DNA of 41,473 nt from Acidimicrobiia bacterium (GTDB taxonomy: Bacteria; Actinomycetota; Acidimicrobiia; Spongiisociales; Spongiisociaceae): contig JBFGLM010000040.1 in NCBI GenBank assembly GCA_041576165.1, forward strand, positions 1 to 41,473. Direction: 5' to 3'. A program made the translations under genes and the position numbers. Positions 1-9,298 of the stretch are shown here, piece after piece (position 1 is the first letter of the stretch; every line of letters starts with the position of its first letter). The notes beneath the pieces were generated by a model that was given only the letters and a program-made list of their open reading frames with translations, was not told where the DNA came from and searched no databases.

Positions 1-48
1 ATGAAAGGCGGGCGGCGGGCGCTCGAAATGATCCAGCAGCTACCGTGA
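1..48 (+). CDS. 3' end of a gene entering from the left edge (…MKGGRRALEMIQQLP*), product unknown
   Basis: Frame 1 is open from base 1 to TGA at 46-48. That stop overlaps the GTG start of the next gene (GTGA 45-48), as in translational coupling. Confidence 0.45.
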   Translation: MKGGRRALEMIQQLP

Positions 49-467
49 TCGGCATGTCCGAGCTCCACCCGTTGCTCGCTGAAGTGCTGGTCGCAGACCA
101 GGCGATGTTGGAGCATTTCGGCATGGAGTTCGTTGAGGCAGGCGAAGGTCGGGCGGTCATTCGAGCACAGCCGCGGCCGGAGTTCGTCAACTCATTGGGG
201 ATTGCGCACGGCAGCTTTGCTTTCACGCTGGCCGACACAGCCGCGGCCTATGCGATGAGCTCCCAGGGCCTGCACGCCGCGACGGTGAACAGCAATATGG
301 CGTTCACGGGCCCGATCAAAGAAGGGGTGGAGGCCGTGGCCAATGCCGAGATCACGACCGCCGGCCACATCCTCGCCACGGTCACTTCCACCGTGACCAG
401 CGAGGACCGGGTCGTCGGCCACGCCACGTTCCAGTTCCACGTCTTGACCGACGGCCCAGCCGACTGA
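45..467 (+). CDS. PaaI-family hotdog-fold thioesterase
   Basis: 140 aa with NSLGIAHGSFAFTLADTAAAYA, matching the PaaI N-x-x-G-x-x-H-G…D motif. The start could instead be ATG 54. Confidence 0.9.
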   Translation: MIGMSELHPLLAEVLVADQAMLEHFGMEFVEAGEGRAVIRAQPRPEFVNSLGIAHGSFAFTLADTAAAYAMSSQGLHAATVNSNMAFTGPIKEGVEAVANAEITTAGHILATVTSTVTSEDRVVGHATFQFHVLTDGPAD

Positions 468-512
468 GGGGTCGGCGGCCCGCAGCCCTCGTGAAGCTGG
501 CACAATCGGCGC

Positions 513-1292
513 ATGCGTCCCAATCCGACACGCGAAAGATGGACGGCCGGGGAACTTTGCCTGGGGGGCTGGCTGTCAATCCCGAGTCCGATCAACGCCG
601 AAGTCATGGCGGCCACCGGCTTCGACTACTGCTGCGTCGACATGCAGCACGGCTTCAGCGATTTCTCCGATCTCGTGCCGATGTTTCAGGCCATCACAAC
701 CGGGTCGGCCACTCCCTTTGTGCGGGTGCCGGAGAACCTGTCGGGTCACATCGGGAAGGCGCTCGACGCAGGAGCGATGGGCATCATCGTGCCGATGGTC
801 AACTCGGTCGAGGAATGCGAGGCGGCTATCGCAGCCGGTCGTTACCCGCCATTGGGAACCCGCAGCTTTGGTCCGAGCCGAGTCGGCGCCGTCGAGGGTC
901 CCGACTACTGGGAACGGGCCAATCAGGACGTAGCGATCGTGCCGATGATCGAAACCGTTGAGGCGCTCGATGCACTCGACGACATCTTGGCCGTCGATGG
1001 TCTCGAAGCCGTCTACGTGGGGCCGGCTGATCTGTCGGTCAGTCTGGGGCTCCCGCCCCGGAGTGAGGCGCCGGCGCTGCAGGAAGCGCTGGATGCAATC
1101 GTTGCAGCGTGCAACCGCCACGGCATTGTGCCCGGCATGCACACCACAACCGCTCTCGCGCAGGATCGGATCGAGCGGGGGTTCCGGATGCTCACGATCA
1201 CGGCTGACCTCGCTGCGCTCCGCGCCAAACTCGCCGATGACCTGGAACTCGTCCGAAAAGGAGAGGCCGGCAGCGAGGGATCCATCTACTGA
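513..1292 (+). CDS. HpcH/HpaI aldolase/citrate lyase family protein
   Basis: Motifs GFDYCCVDMQHG, VRVP, KALDAGAMGIIVPMV, YPPLGTRSFG, MIET and YVGPADLS. Confidence 0.93.
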   Translation: MRPNPTRERWTAGELCLGGWLSIPSPINAEVMAATGFDYCCVDMQHGFSDFSDLVPMFQAITTGSATPFVRVPENLSGHIGKALDAGAMGIIVPMVNSVEECEAAIAAGRYPPLGTRSFGPSRVGAVEGPDYWERANQDVAIVPMIETVEALDALDDILAVDGLEAVYVGPADLSVSLGLPPRSEAPALQEALDAIVAACNRHGIVPGMHTTTALAQDRIERGFRMLTITADLAALRAKLADDLELVRKGEAGSEGSIY

Positions 1293-1312
1293 TCGGTCAA
1301 TCCTCGCGCTCT

Positions 1313-1475
1313 TCTTTGATTCGGTTGTGGTGAACCCGACGCCTGTGAGAGCGGATCTTGCCTGGAATCGGGCTGCCTCAAATGGCAAACCGGTCGCGAT
1401 CAGGGCCACGTGGGCGACGCGCTCGACCAGCAACGCCACCAGGACGACGAGAACGAGGCCCGAGATGGCGATCAT
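1313..1475 (-). pseudogene. Truncated N-terminal fragment of a TrkA-C (RCK_C) domain-containing membrane protein
   Basis: ATG 1475 gives MIAISGLVLVVLVALLVERVAHVALIATGLPFEAARFQARSALTGVGFTTTES, the characteristic start of this family. Similarity stops there and the frame runs antisense into the aldolase gene. Confidence 0.7.
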
Positions 1476-1483
1476 ATCGGCGG

Positions 1484-1523
1484 TCGGGGCGCCGGCTGCT
1501 GGTCCCGGGCTGGGGCGCCCCGA
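1484..1523 (-). terminator. GC-rich hairpin downstream of rimK
   Basis: TCGGGGCGCC (1484-1493) and GGCGCCCCGA (1514-1523) form a perfect 10-bp inverted repeat. There is no clear U-tract. Confidence 0.4.
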
Positions 1524-1563
1524 TCCGTGGGCGCGACAGTTGTGACGGCGCCTGTGCTCCGGC

Positions 1564-2766
1564 TCATCCGGTCGCGGCCTCGGTGCTGCCAAGCGGCTCT
1601 TCCGGGAGCGGCTGGACCTCCGGGCGGCGCCGGCGCCGGCGGGCGGGCACGAGATCGCGCATGGCCTCGAGCTTGCCGAAGCACAGTAACCGGTCCTCGA
1701 CCTCGAGAACCCGGCTGTCTCGTGGGTTGGGTATAACCGACGTGCCACGGTGGAGAGACAGCACTGCGACATCCCGGTCGCGCAACGATCCGATCGTGTT
1801 TCCGAGGACGTCCGCGCCCTCGTGGACTGCCAGCTCCGCTACGCCGTAGCCGGTGCTGACGCTCAGCCGCTGGCGAACATCCAGCTCCGGGAACGCCACC
1901 TGGCGCTCGATGTAGTCGACCACCGCGCCGGCGATGTCCAGCCCTGTCGCGCCTTCGATGCCTTCCAGGCCCGGCGAGGAGTTGACCTCCATCACCAAGG
2001 GCCCGTCCTCCCCTTCGAGCATGTCGACACCGGCGACCCGGAGGCCCATGATCTGGGCTGATCGGATCGCCGTCGTGGTGAACCGTTCATCGAGCTGGAC
2101 CGCCGCGGTGGTGCCGCCCCGGTGCACGTTCGATCTGAACTCGTCACCGCTGGCCGTGCGGCGCATCGCGCCGACGACCTGGTCGCCGACGACGAACGCA
2201 CGGACGTCGGTGCCCCGGCTTTCCGCAACGAAACGCTGGATGAGCACGTTCTGGCGGGTGCTTTGGAGGGTCTCGATGATTGCCTCTGCGATCTTCTTAT
2301 TGTCGGCCAGGATCACACCGATGCCTTGGGTGCCTTCCAGCAGTTTGATCACCACCGGCGCTCCGCCGACGCGCTCGATGGCGGGCAGAACGTCCTGGCG
2401 GTCGCGAACAAACGTCGTCGCCGGTAGGCCGATTCCGTGACGCGACAGAATCTGGAGCGCGCGCAGCTTGTCTCGGGCATTGGCGATGCTGTTCGAGGTG
2501 TTGGGGGTGTACACATCCATCTGCTCGAACTGGCGAACGACCGCCATCCCGAAGAATGTGATCGAAGCACCGATCCGGGGAAGGACCGCGTCGTAGTCCG
2601 AAAGCGGCCGTCCCCGGTAGTGCAGGTCGGGTTCGTCGGTGGATAGGTCGATTTCAAACCGCAATGTGTCCAGGACCTTGCACTGATGCCCGCGGTCGAG
2701 CGCCGCCGCCTTGAGCCGTCGCGTGCTGTAGCTGCGGGGCGCCCGGGAGAGAATGGCCAACTTCAT
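1564..2766 (-). CDS. rimK: RimK-family ATP-grasp alpha-L-glutamate ligase with C-terminal TrkA-C domain
   Basis: Begins MKLAILSRAPRSYSTRRL at ATG 2766; the ORF-track extension to 3168 is not homologous. Motifs: DAVLPRIG, RDKLRALQILS, KLLEGTQGIGV, FRSNVHRGG, EVNSSPGLEGIE. The extra C-terminal ~100 aa (…VAVLSLHRGTSVIPNPRDSRVLEVEDRLLCFG) resembles RCK_C. Confidence 0.92.
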   Translation of the reverse strand: MKLAILSRAPRSYSTRRLKAAALDRGHQCKVLDTLRFEIDLSTDEPDLHYRGRPLSDYDAVLPRIGASITFFGMAVVRQFEQMDVYTPNTSNSIANARDKLRALQILSRHGIGLPATTFVRDRQDVLPAIERVGGAPVVIKLLEGTQGIGVILADNKKIAEAIIETLQSTRQNVLIQRFVAESRGTDVRAFVVGDQVVGAMRRTASGDEFRSNVHRGGTTAAVQLDERFTTTAIRSAQIMGLRVAGVDMLEGEDGPLVMEVNSSPGLEGIEGATGLDIAGAVVDYIERQVAFPELDVRQRLSVSTGYGVAELAVHEGADVLGNTIGSLRDRDVAVLSLHRGTSVIPNPRDSRVLEVEDRLLCFGKLEAMRDLVPARRRRRRPEVQPLPEEPLGSTEAATG

Positions 2767-3160
2767 TCGATGACGCTCCAAACTCTTAGACGGATCCAGC
2801 GTAGGGGCACGGCGGCACCTCCGGGCCTTCACGGCGAGCTTGGCGGTGCACGACGGCATTATCGCCGATCGGGCACCAGCTCGACCCTGCTTTCGGCCCG
2901 GGTTTTCGTGCTCTGCGGGGAGGAAATGCGCGAGACCGCGGGATTCGGATTCCTTGCCTGGCGGGAGGGAGGTTGGGGCACGGGAGGCGTCGACCCGGCG
3001 GGTGAAGGGCGCTGCCCACCCGGCCCGCTTGATGACGACGATGGTGACCACGACCGCAAGGACCGCAAAAGACCAGCGACACGTGGTGACAGCCACCCCC
3101 ACAGGCATCACCATTGGAGGCCGCGGCGACGATGGCCGTGACGGAGGCTGGGACCACACC

Positions 3161-4477
3161 GTGAACAATCTGCGCAGTGACCCGGCACACCCGCTACCTT
3201 CGGCGGCTGTGGACCCACTCGACCGACTGCGTCACGCCAGCGCTGCGTTGCTCATCCATCGCGGGGAGGCCACCGTGCGGGCGCGGGCAGCCGAGGTCAT
3301 TGAGGCGTACGAAGATCTGGCCAGCGATGCCCGGACCGACTTCTTTCGGTTTCTGCTTGATGAGATGTCGGTCGATCACGAGGCGCTCGATGCCGCCACC
3401 CGGCGTTACCATCGAAGTCAAGACCACGGGGCGGTGGCAGCACTATCTGCCGCGGCCGAACCGATTCGGCGCGATTTCCTACGGCTGCTCAACACGGCTC
3501 CGGATGGAACACAAGCAGTCATCGCGATGCGGTCGCACCTCCTGGCCGTCCTCGACGGGGATCCAGAGCTGAGAGTGCTGGACCAGGATTTCTTGCATGT
3601 GCTCAGAACCTGGTTCAACCGGGGGTTCTTGACGCTCGTGCGGCTCGACTGGTCGACACCGGCGTTCATCCTCGAGAAGCTGATCGAGTACGAAGCGGTA
3701 CACGCCATCCGCGGCTGGTCCGATCTCCACCGGCGGTTGCAGGAGGACCGGCGCCTTTACGCGTATATGCATCCAGCCCTGCCTGACGAGCCGCTCATCT
3801 TCGTGGAGGTTGCGCTGGCCGACCGGCTCCTTTCATCCATCGAAGAAGTGCTACACCAGCCGGTTGCCGTTGGGGACGCGGAACCGACGAGTGCCATGTT
3901 CTATTCGATCACCAACACCCAGCCCGGGCTTCGGGGCATAACATTCGGGAACTTCCTCATCAAACAAGTGATGGCGGAACTCCAGGCGACGATGCCCTCG
4001 CTTCGAACATTCGCCACACTTTCACCCTTGCCCGGACTGTTGTCCTGGCTCCGTCGCCAGGATGCCGCCGGCGAGTTGGAGTGGATGCCCTCCGACAGCC
4101 GGCGCCGTCTCGCCGCGCTGGACGACACTGCGTGGGTGGACTTTCCCCAAACCCGTGAGGCATTGCGGCCGGGTCTCCTACAGTCGGCCGCGCGGTACCT
4201 CTATCTGCAAAAGCGACCCGGCACGGCGCCGCCCCAGCCGCTCGACCCCGTTGCCAGGTTCCACATCAGAAATGGGGCACGTCTGCATCGCTTGAACTGG
4301 ATGGGCGACCCGTCGCCCAAGGGCCTGGCGGAGTCCGCGGGCATACTGGTCAACTACGTCTATGACCCGGATCAGTCGACGGCGAATCTCGAACGCCACG
4401 CCGCCGACGGTTCGATCGCAGCGGGCGAGGAAGTACTCGCGCTGGTGCAAGGACCCGAAGATGACCTCGCTCCATGA
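3161..4477 (+). CDS. matA: Malonyl-CoA decarboxylase
   Basis: Motifs WFNRGFL, LEKLIEYEAVHAI, DRRLYAYMHPALPDEPLIFVEVAL, FYSITNTQPGLRGITFGNFLIK, TLSP and DPVARFH..NGA. Start uncertain (GTG 3161 chosen). Confidence 0.93.
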   Translation: MNNLRSDPAHPLPSAAVDPLDRLRHASAALLIHRGEATVRARAAEVIEAYEDLASDARTDFFRFLLDEMSVDHEALDAATRRYHRSQDHGAVAALSAAAEPIRRDFLRLLNTAPDGTQAVIAMRSHLLAVLDGDPELRVLDQDFLHVLRTWFNRGFLTLVRLDWSTPAFILEKLIEYEAVHAIRGWSDLHRRLQEDRRLYAYMHPALPDEPLIFVEVALADRLLSSIEEVLHQPVAVGDAEPTSAMFYSITNTQPGLRGITFGNFLIKQVMAELQATMPSLRTFATLSPLPGLLSWLRRQDAAGELEWMPSDSRRRLAALDDTAWVDFPQTREALRPGLLQSAARYLYLQKRPGTAPPQPLDPVARFHIRNGARLHRLNWMGDPSPKGLAESAGILVNYVYDPDQSTANLERHAADGSIAAGEEVLALVQGPEDDLAP

Positions 4478-5945
4478 CACCTTGCGGTCCGGGTGGGAGG
4501 CGGATCCCGACCGGGCCTTCCTGGAGGTGCCGGGAGGCCGCGCCTGGACCTACGGCGATATCGACCGGTTGGCCGGACAAATGGGGGAGGTGCTGCGCGC
4601 CCATGGGGCCGATCGCAGCGAACGGGTGATGGTGCAAGTCGACAAGTCGCCGCATGCGGTAGCGCTCTACCTGGCCGTGCTGCGCACCGGAGCAGTGTAC
4701 GTGCCGCTCAACATCGCCTACACACATGAGGAGGTCAAGCATTTCGTGGCGGATGCCGCCCCCGCAGTGTTCGTCGCGGCAAATGAGTCGGTGCGCGCGG
4801 CAGTACCGGATGCGGTGCCTGTGCTCACGCTGTCTGCGAACGACGGTGGGACGCTCGGGCAGGCCGCCCGATCGGTGGGGGAAGTCGGCGCGCCCGCTCC
4901 CGGGTCCGGCGACGCCGTGGTCGCCATGTTGTTCACGTCCGGCACGACGGGCAGGTCGAAAGGAGCGATGCTCACATCGGACAATCTGGTGTCCAACGCA
5001 GTCTCCCTGCACCGCATCTGGGGTTGGGAGAACGACGATGTTCTGCTGCACGTACTCCCGATCTTCCACACCCACGGCCTGTTCGTTGCGTTGCACTGCG
5101 CCATGCTCGGGGCTTCCCGGGTCTGGTTCCCGTCCCGCTTCGCGGTCGACGCGGTGAAACAGTTGCTGCCTGAATCGACCGTCATGATGGGGGTGCCGAC
5201 CTACTACGGGCGGCTGCTGGCCGACGACAATTTCGGATCTGGCCACACCTCAGGGATGCGCTTGTTCACCTCTGGATCATCCCCGCTGCCGGTCGCGGCA
5301 CATCGCGCCTTCGCCGCTCGGACCGGACACGAAATCCTCGAACGCTACGGGATGACGGAAACCGGAATGATCACCTCTAACCCGTACGACGGGGAACGTA
5401 TCGCAGGCACGGTCGGCTACCCGCTTCCCGACGTGGAGTTGCGTGTGGTGGACGACGATGGCCGGGAGCTGCCACCCGGTGCGCCCGGCGGCGTTGAGGT
5501 GCGGGGCCCCAACGTGTTCGCCGGGTACTGGAGGATGCCGGACAAGACGGCCGGGGAGTTTCGTGCCGATGGTTTCTATCGCACCGGGGACATCGGATTT
5601 CTGGCCGGGGACGGGCGGCTGACCTTGGCCGGTCGCTCGTCGGACCTGATCATCTCTGGTGGCCTCAACGTGTATCCCAAGGAGGTCGAACTGGTACTTG
5701 ATGAGGTGGCCGGGGTCGCGGAATCGGCCGTGGTCGGGGTACCGCATCCCGATTTCGGCGAGGCAGTGGTTGCCTTCATCGTGGGCACGGCGGATGAGGC
5801 CATGTTGCGCGACGGTTGCCGGCGGCTCGCTCCGTTCAAACGGCCAAAGGCCTATATCTTCGTGGACCAGCTTCCGCGTAATGCAATGGGCAAGGTCCAG
5901 AAGCAGACATTGCGGCAGTCGCACGCCGGCGTGTTCGTGGCGTGA
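4461..5945 (+). CDS. matB: Malonyl-CoA synthetase (AMP-binding acyl-CoA ligase)
   Basis: FTSGTTGRSKGAML, LPIFHTHGLFVA, ILERYGMTET, IISGGLNVYPKEVE and PRNAMGKVQK are typical of MatB. It overlaps the decarboxylase stop. Confidence 0.9.
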   Translation: MTSLHDTLRSGWEADPDRAFLEVPGGRAWTYGDIDRLAGQMGEVLRAHGADRSERVMVQVDKSPHAVALYLAVLRTGAVYVPLNIAYTHEEVKHFVADAAPAVFVAANESVRAAVPDAVPVLTLSANDGGTLGQAARSVGEVGAPAPGSGDAVVAMLFTSGTTGRSKGAMLTSDNLVSNAVSLHRIWGWENDDVLLHVLPIFHTHGLFVALHCAMLGASRVWFPSRFAVDAVKQLLPESTVMMGVPTYYGRLLADDNFGSGHTSGMRLFTSGSSPLPVAAHRAFAARTGHEILERYGMTETGMITSNPYDGERIAGTVGYPLPDVELRVVDDDGRELPPGAPGGVEVRGPNVFAGYWRMPDKTAGEFRADGFYRTGDIGFLAGDGRLTLAGRSSDLIISGGLNVYPKEVELVLDEVAGVAESAVVGVPHPDFGEAVVAFIVGTADEAMLRDGCRRLAPFKRPKAYIFVDQLPRNAMGKVQKQTLRQSHAGVFVA

Positions 5946-5978
5946 CCGGCGCGGCCTGCCGGCGCGGGGGAATCTGAC

Positions 5979-8135
5979 GTGAGGCCCGTAGAGCTGGTGG
6001 ATCCCTTCGTCGGAACCGATTCGGAGCGGGAATTCAGCAACGGGAACGTTCTCCCGATCATGGCGCTCCCGTGGGGAACCCACCACTACAGCCCATCCAA
6101 TGCCGAACCCGATGGCTGGTTCTTCCAGTACCGGGCTCGCAACTTCACAGGGTTGCGCCTCACCCATTCCCCCAGCCCGTGGATGGGTGACTGGTGCGCG
6201 GTCACCTTCCTGCCGCAGGCCGGCCCGCGTCGGGTTGCCCGCCGGTCCCGCGCTGTGAATCTGTCAAGCGAACGGCTGCTGGTGCAGCCCCACCGGTTCG
6301 GCTGCCGGCTGCCCGGACTCGAGTGGACGGCGGCACCCACGATGCACGGCATTGCTATGGAGGTGCACGGTCCGGCAGGCCCCGCCCGGCGGCTGATCAT
6401 CGACACGGCACGCGCCGGGGACCATCTAAACCAGTTCGATACCTATGTGCGGGCGGATCTCGAGCGAGGCGAGGTGCATTTGCGTACGCGGGGAGGTGGG
6501 GGAGATATGCATCCCGAGTTCGCCCTTCACCTGGCAGTGCGCGCCGATCCGCCGCCGCTCGGCGCCGGCATTTTCGGTGACGCGGGCGAGGAGGCACACA
6601 AGACCGAGGGCCACGGAAATGCACTGGGTGCGTGGGTGGAGTGGCCGGAGGGCCCGGGAACAGTCCGGGTGTGGGCGGCGGGATCTTTCGTGGGAGAGGC
6701 GGCGGCCTGGGATCTGCTGGAACGCGAAGTGGCCGGCCGTTCTGCCGAAGACGTGGCTAGGTCCGCAGCGGAGGAATGGGACCGTTTACTGGGCCGGCTG
6801 GAGCTGCCGACTGCGTCGGAGACAGAGCGGCGTCTGGCGGCCACGATGACATATCGCACCCTGCTCTATCCGCGCCGTCTCGACGAGCCGGGGCCCGCCG
6901 GGACCCCTCGCTACCGCTGCCCAGACACCGGCCGGGTGCGGGATGGGGTGCGGGTCACCGACAACGGCTTCTGGGACACCGCCCGCACCGTGTACCCCTG
7001 GTACAGCCTGCTGTGTCCGGATGAGCTGCCCACGATTCTGGAGGGGTGGGTAGAAGGTGCTCGCGCCACTGGATGGCTGGCGAGTTGGGCCAGTCCCGGA
7101 CACCGAGCGTGCATGACCGGCAGCTACAGCGATGCGGTGTTTGCCGACGCGCTGAGCCGCAACATCGGCGGGTTCGACCCGGCCGAGGTGTTCGAGCATC
7201 TTCACCGCCACGCGTCAGAGCCCGTTGCCGACGGCTCACCCTTCGGCCGAGAAGGATTGGAGGCCTACCTGGAGTTGGGTTACGTGCCGGTCGAGCGGAT
7301 CGACAAGTCGGTGGCCCGGACACTGGACTACGCGTACGGGGATTGGTGTCTGGCGGTGTTAGCCGATGCGGCCGGTGAAGCAACGCTCGCAGAGGAGTGC
7401 CGCCGCCGCGCCGGTTGGTGGCGGCACGTACTCGATCCCGACACCGGCTTCTTTCGGGGACGCCGGCGCGATGGGAGCTGGCTGGAACCGTTCGATCCGT
7501 TCGAATGGGGCGGGCCGTATGTCGAGGGGTCCGCCTGGCAGTTTGCCTGGCACGTGCCGCATCAGCCCGAGGACGTGGTCGCGGCGCGTGGCGGTCCTGA
7601 GGCGGCCGCAGCATTCCTGCAACGGCTGTTCGCAGCCCCGGCCCGGTACGAGCTCGGAACGCATCCGGAGCCCATTCATGAAATGCGGGAGATGGCCTCG
7701 GTGGCTTTCGGCCAGTACGCCCATTCCAACCAGCCGAGCCACTTCACGCTGCCCTACTGGGGACACTGTGGCGATCCGGCCACGATGACACGCTTGACTC
7801 ACCGGGTGCTGGATGAGCTGTACGCACTCCGACCAGACGGACTACCTGGTGACGAGGACAACGGTGAGATGAGCGCCTGGTGGTTGTGCATGGCCCTCGG
7901 GCTCTTCCCCAGCTGCCCCGGCAACGGGTCGTGGCAGCTGGTCCGACCATTCTTCCGCCACGCCGTCCTGCGAGTGCCCGGGCGCACGCCGCTCGAGATC
8001 GAGGTCGAGGCGTCGGGCGACGGAGCGCCGGCGGATCGATGGCACGGCCCGGGCGGCCAGGTCCATGCGGCCGGCCAGCTGCTGGCACACTCTGCCGTGG
8101 CGAGTGGGGGCGGCTGGCGCGTCAAGGATGGGTGA
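5979..8135 (+). CDS. GH92 family alpha-1,2-mannosidase
   Basis: Motifs VDPFVGT, THSPSPWMGD, GFWDTART, ARTLDYAYGD, YVEGSAWQ, GQYAHSNQPSH and PGDEDNGEMSAW. No signal peptide is evident. Confidence 0.93.
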   Translation: MRPVELVDPFVGTDSEREFSNGNVLPIMALPWGTHHYSPSNAEPDGWFFQYRARNFTGLRLTHSPSPWMGDWCAVTFLPQAGPRRVARRSRAVNLSSERLLVQPHRFGCRLPGLEWTAAPTMHGIAMEVHGPAGPARRLIIDTARAGDHLNQFDTYVRADLERGEVHLRTRGGGGDMHPEFALHLAVRADPPPLGAGIFGDAGEEAHKTEGHGNALGAWVEWPEGPGTVRVWAAGSFVGEAAAWDLLEREVAGRSAEDVARSAAEEWDRLLGRLELPTASETERRLAATMTYRTLLYPRRLDEPGPAGTPRYRCPDTGRVRDGVRVTDNGFWDTARTVYPWYSLLCPDELPTILEGWVEGARATGWLASWASPGHRACMTGSYSDAVFADALSRNIGGFDPAEVFEHLHRHASEPVADGSPFGREGLEAYLELGYVPVERIDKSVARTLDYAYGDWCLAVLADAAGEATLAEECRRRAGWWRHVLDPDTGFFRGRRRDGSWLEPFDPFEWGGPYVEGSAWQFAWHVPHQPEDVVAARGGPEAAAAFLQRLFAAPARYELGTHPEPIHEMREMASVAFGQYAHSNQPSHFTLPYWGHCGDPATMTRLTHRVLDELYALRPDGLPGDEDNGEMSAWWLCMALGLFPSCPGNGSWQLVRPFFRHAVLRVPGRTPLEIEVEASGDGAPADRWHGPGGQVHAAGQLLAHSAVASGGGWRVKDG

Positions 8136-8213
8136 GCGTCGCCCCACCGCCGCGTCGGCGAGCGGGGGGTGAGGGCAAACTCACTCGAAACGGAAATACC
8201 AGGCAGGCTCGGT

Positions 8214-9047
8214 TCAGCTGAGAAGTGAAGCATGCGGTGCTTCTTCGCTGCGCAAGTAGAGGAAGAACACGCCGACGGCGGCGGCGCTGGTGAGATGCCA
8301 GAGCGCATGGCCCTGGAGCAAGGACTCCGGGGCGCACAGCGGGCCGTTGGTCCGCGAAAGCGTCCACACCACGTTGCCGGCCAGGTACAGGCCAAGGCCG
8401 GTCCAGAACAGACGTTGGTCCCGCCGGACCGGCCGGCTCATCCCGCGGCCGGTCGCGACCAAGCGGTTGAAAATCAGCGTCGCCACGATCAGAGCGGCAA
8501 ACACGAACTTCCCGATCCCGTTGTTGACCAGCCACTGGAAGCCCGCCAGCAGGACATTGGCCCAGACCCACATCCGGAGCAGCCAGTCGGCCGGGGCGTC
8601 CTGCCAGGTTCGGACTTCGTACAGCAAGAAGAACGTGATGAACAAATACATCGAGACCAGATCGGCCCAGCCGCCCCATTCAGTCATCGTGGCGTGAAAG
8701 GCCATGGAGCCGACTCCGAGACCGATCGCAATCCATCCATAGAGCCGGGTGATACGCGGATCGTCCCCGATGAGGTTGCCTCCCGCAGCAGGGCGGCCGA
8801 CGAACGTCAATATCCATAGCCCCACGGCGACGAACCCGAGGTTGCTGAGCGTGTTGGCCGGCTGCTCGACCAGATCACCGGTGAACGCCTCGCAATAGCA
8901 GTCACCCGCTTCGATGCATCCGGACGCCTCGCCCGGCCATCCCCCGGCGCCAACCACGGCCAAGGCCGCCAGTATGACTGCAGTCGTCACCGCGGCGACG
9001 ATGACGTCGCGTCGGGTCTTCGGGTCACGTATTGTGTCGCCGGCCAT
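8214..9047 (-). CDS. Ceramidase-family (CREST superfamily) Zn-dependent membrane hydrolase
   Basis: YCE…EQPANTLSN N-terminal motif, SMAFH (SxxxH), D in GWADL, HALWH (HxxxH), and 7-8 hydrophobic segments. Confidence 0.85.
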   Translation of the reverse strand: MAGDTIRDPKTRRDVIVAAVTTAVILAALAVVGAGGWPGEASGCIEAGDCYCEAFTGDLVEQPANTLSNLGFVAVGLWILTFVGRPAAGGNLIGDDPRITRLYGWIAIGLGVGSMAFHATMTEWGGWADLVSMYLFITFFLLYEVRTWQDAPADWLLRMWVWANVLLAGFQWLVNNGIGKFVFAALIVATLIFNRLVATGRGMSRPVRRDQRLFWTGLGLYLAGNVVWTLSRTNGPLCAPESLLQGHALWHLTSAAAVGVFFLYLRSEEAPHASLLS

Positions 9048-9298
9048 ACACCACTCGCAGGGTTTGGGTCGAACAGTACCCCGAGAAGGCCCAAGGGCGG
9101 CGGTCGTTCGGATCCGGTGCCGGGCGTGTCAGTCCAGTGAGTCGCGGAATTCGTATCCCGAGATTCGGGCCGCGTGCAGCACTGCCACTGCCATGTCCGG
9201 CGCCGATGGCTTCGTCCACTCGTCTGCATTGGCCGGACCGCGGTCCTTGGCCATGATCCGTCGCACGTGGGTAAGAAGATCATCGTCTGCGAAGCGAT

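Noticed and set aside
576-1772. 398-aa minus-strand ORF
   Set aside because: Only 1313-1475 is protein-like; the rest overlaps the rimK end or is antisense to the aldolase.
2767-3168. N-terminal extensions of rimK (to 3168) and matA (from 2840) in the ORF track
   Set aside because: They are non-homologous and overlap each other; recognisable family sequence starts at 2766 and near 3161.
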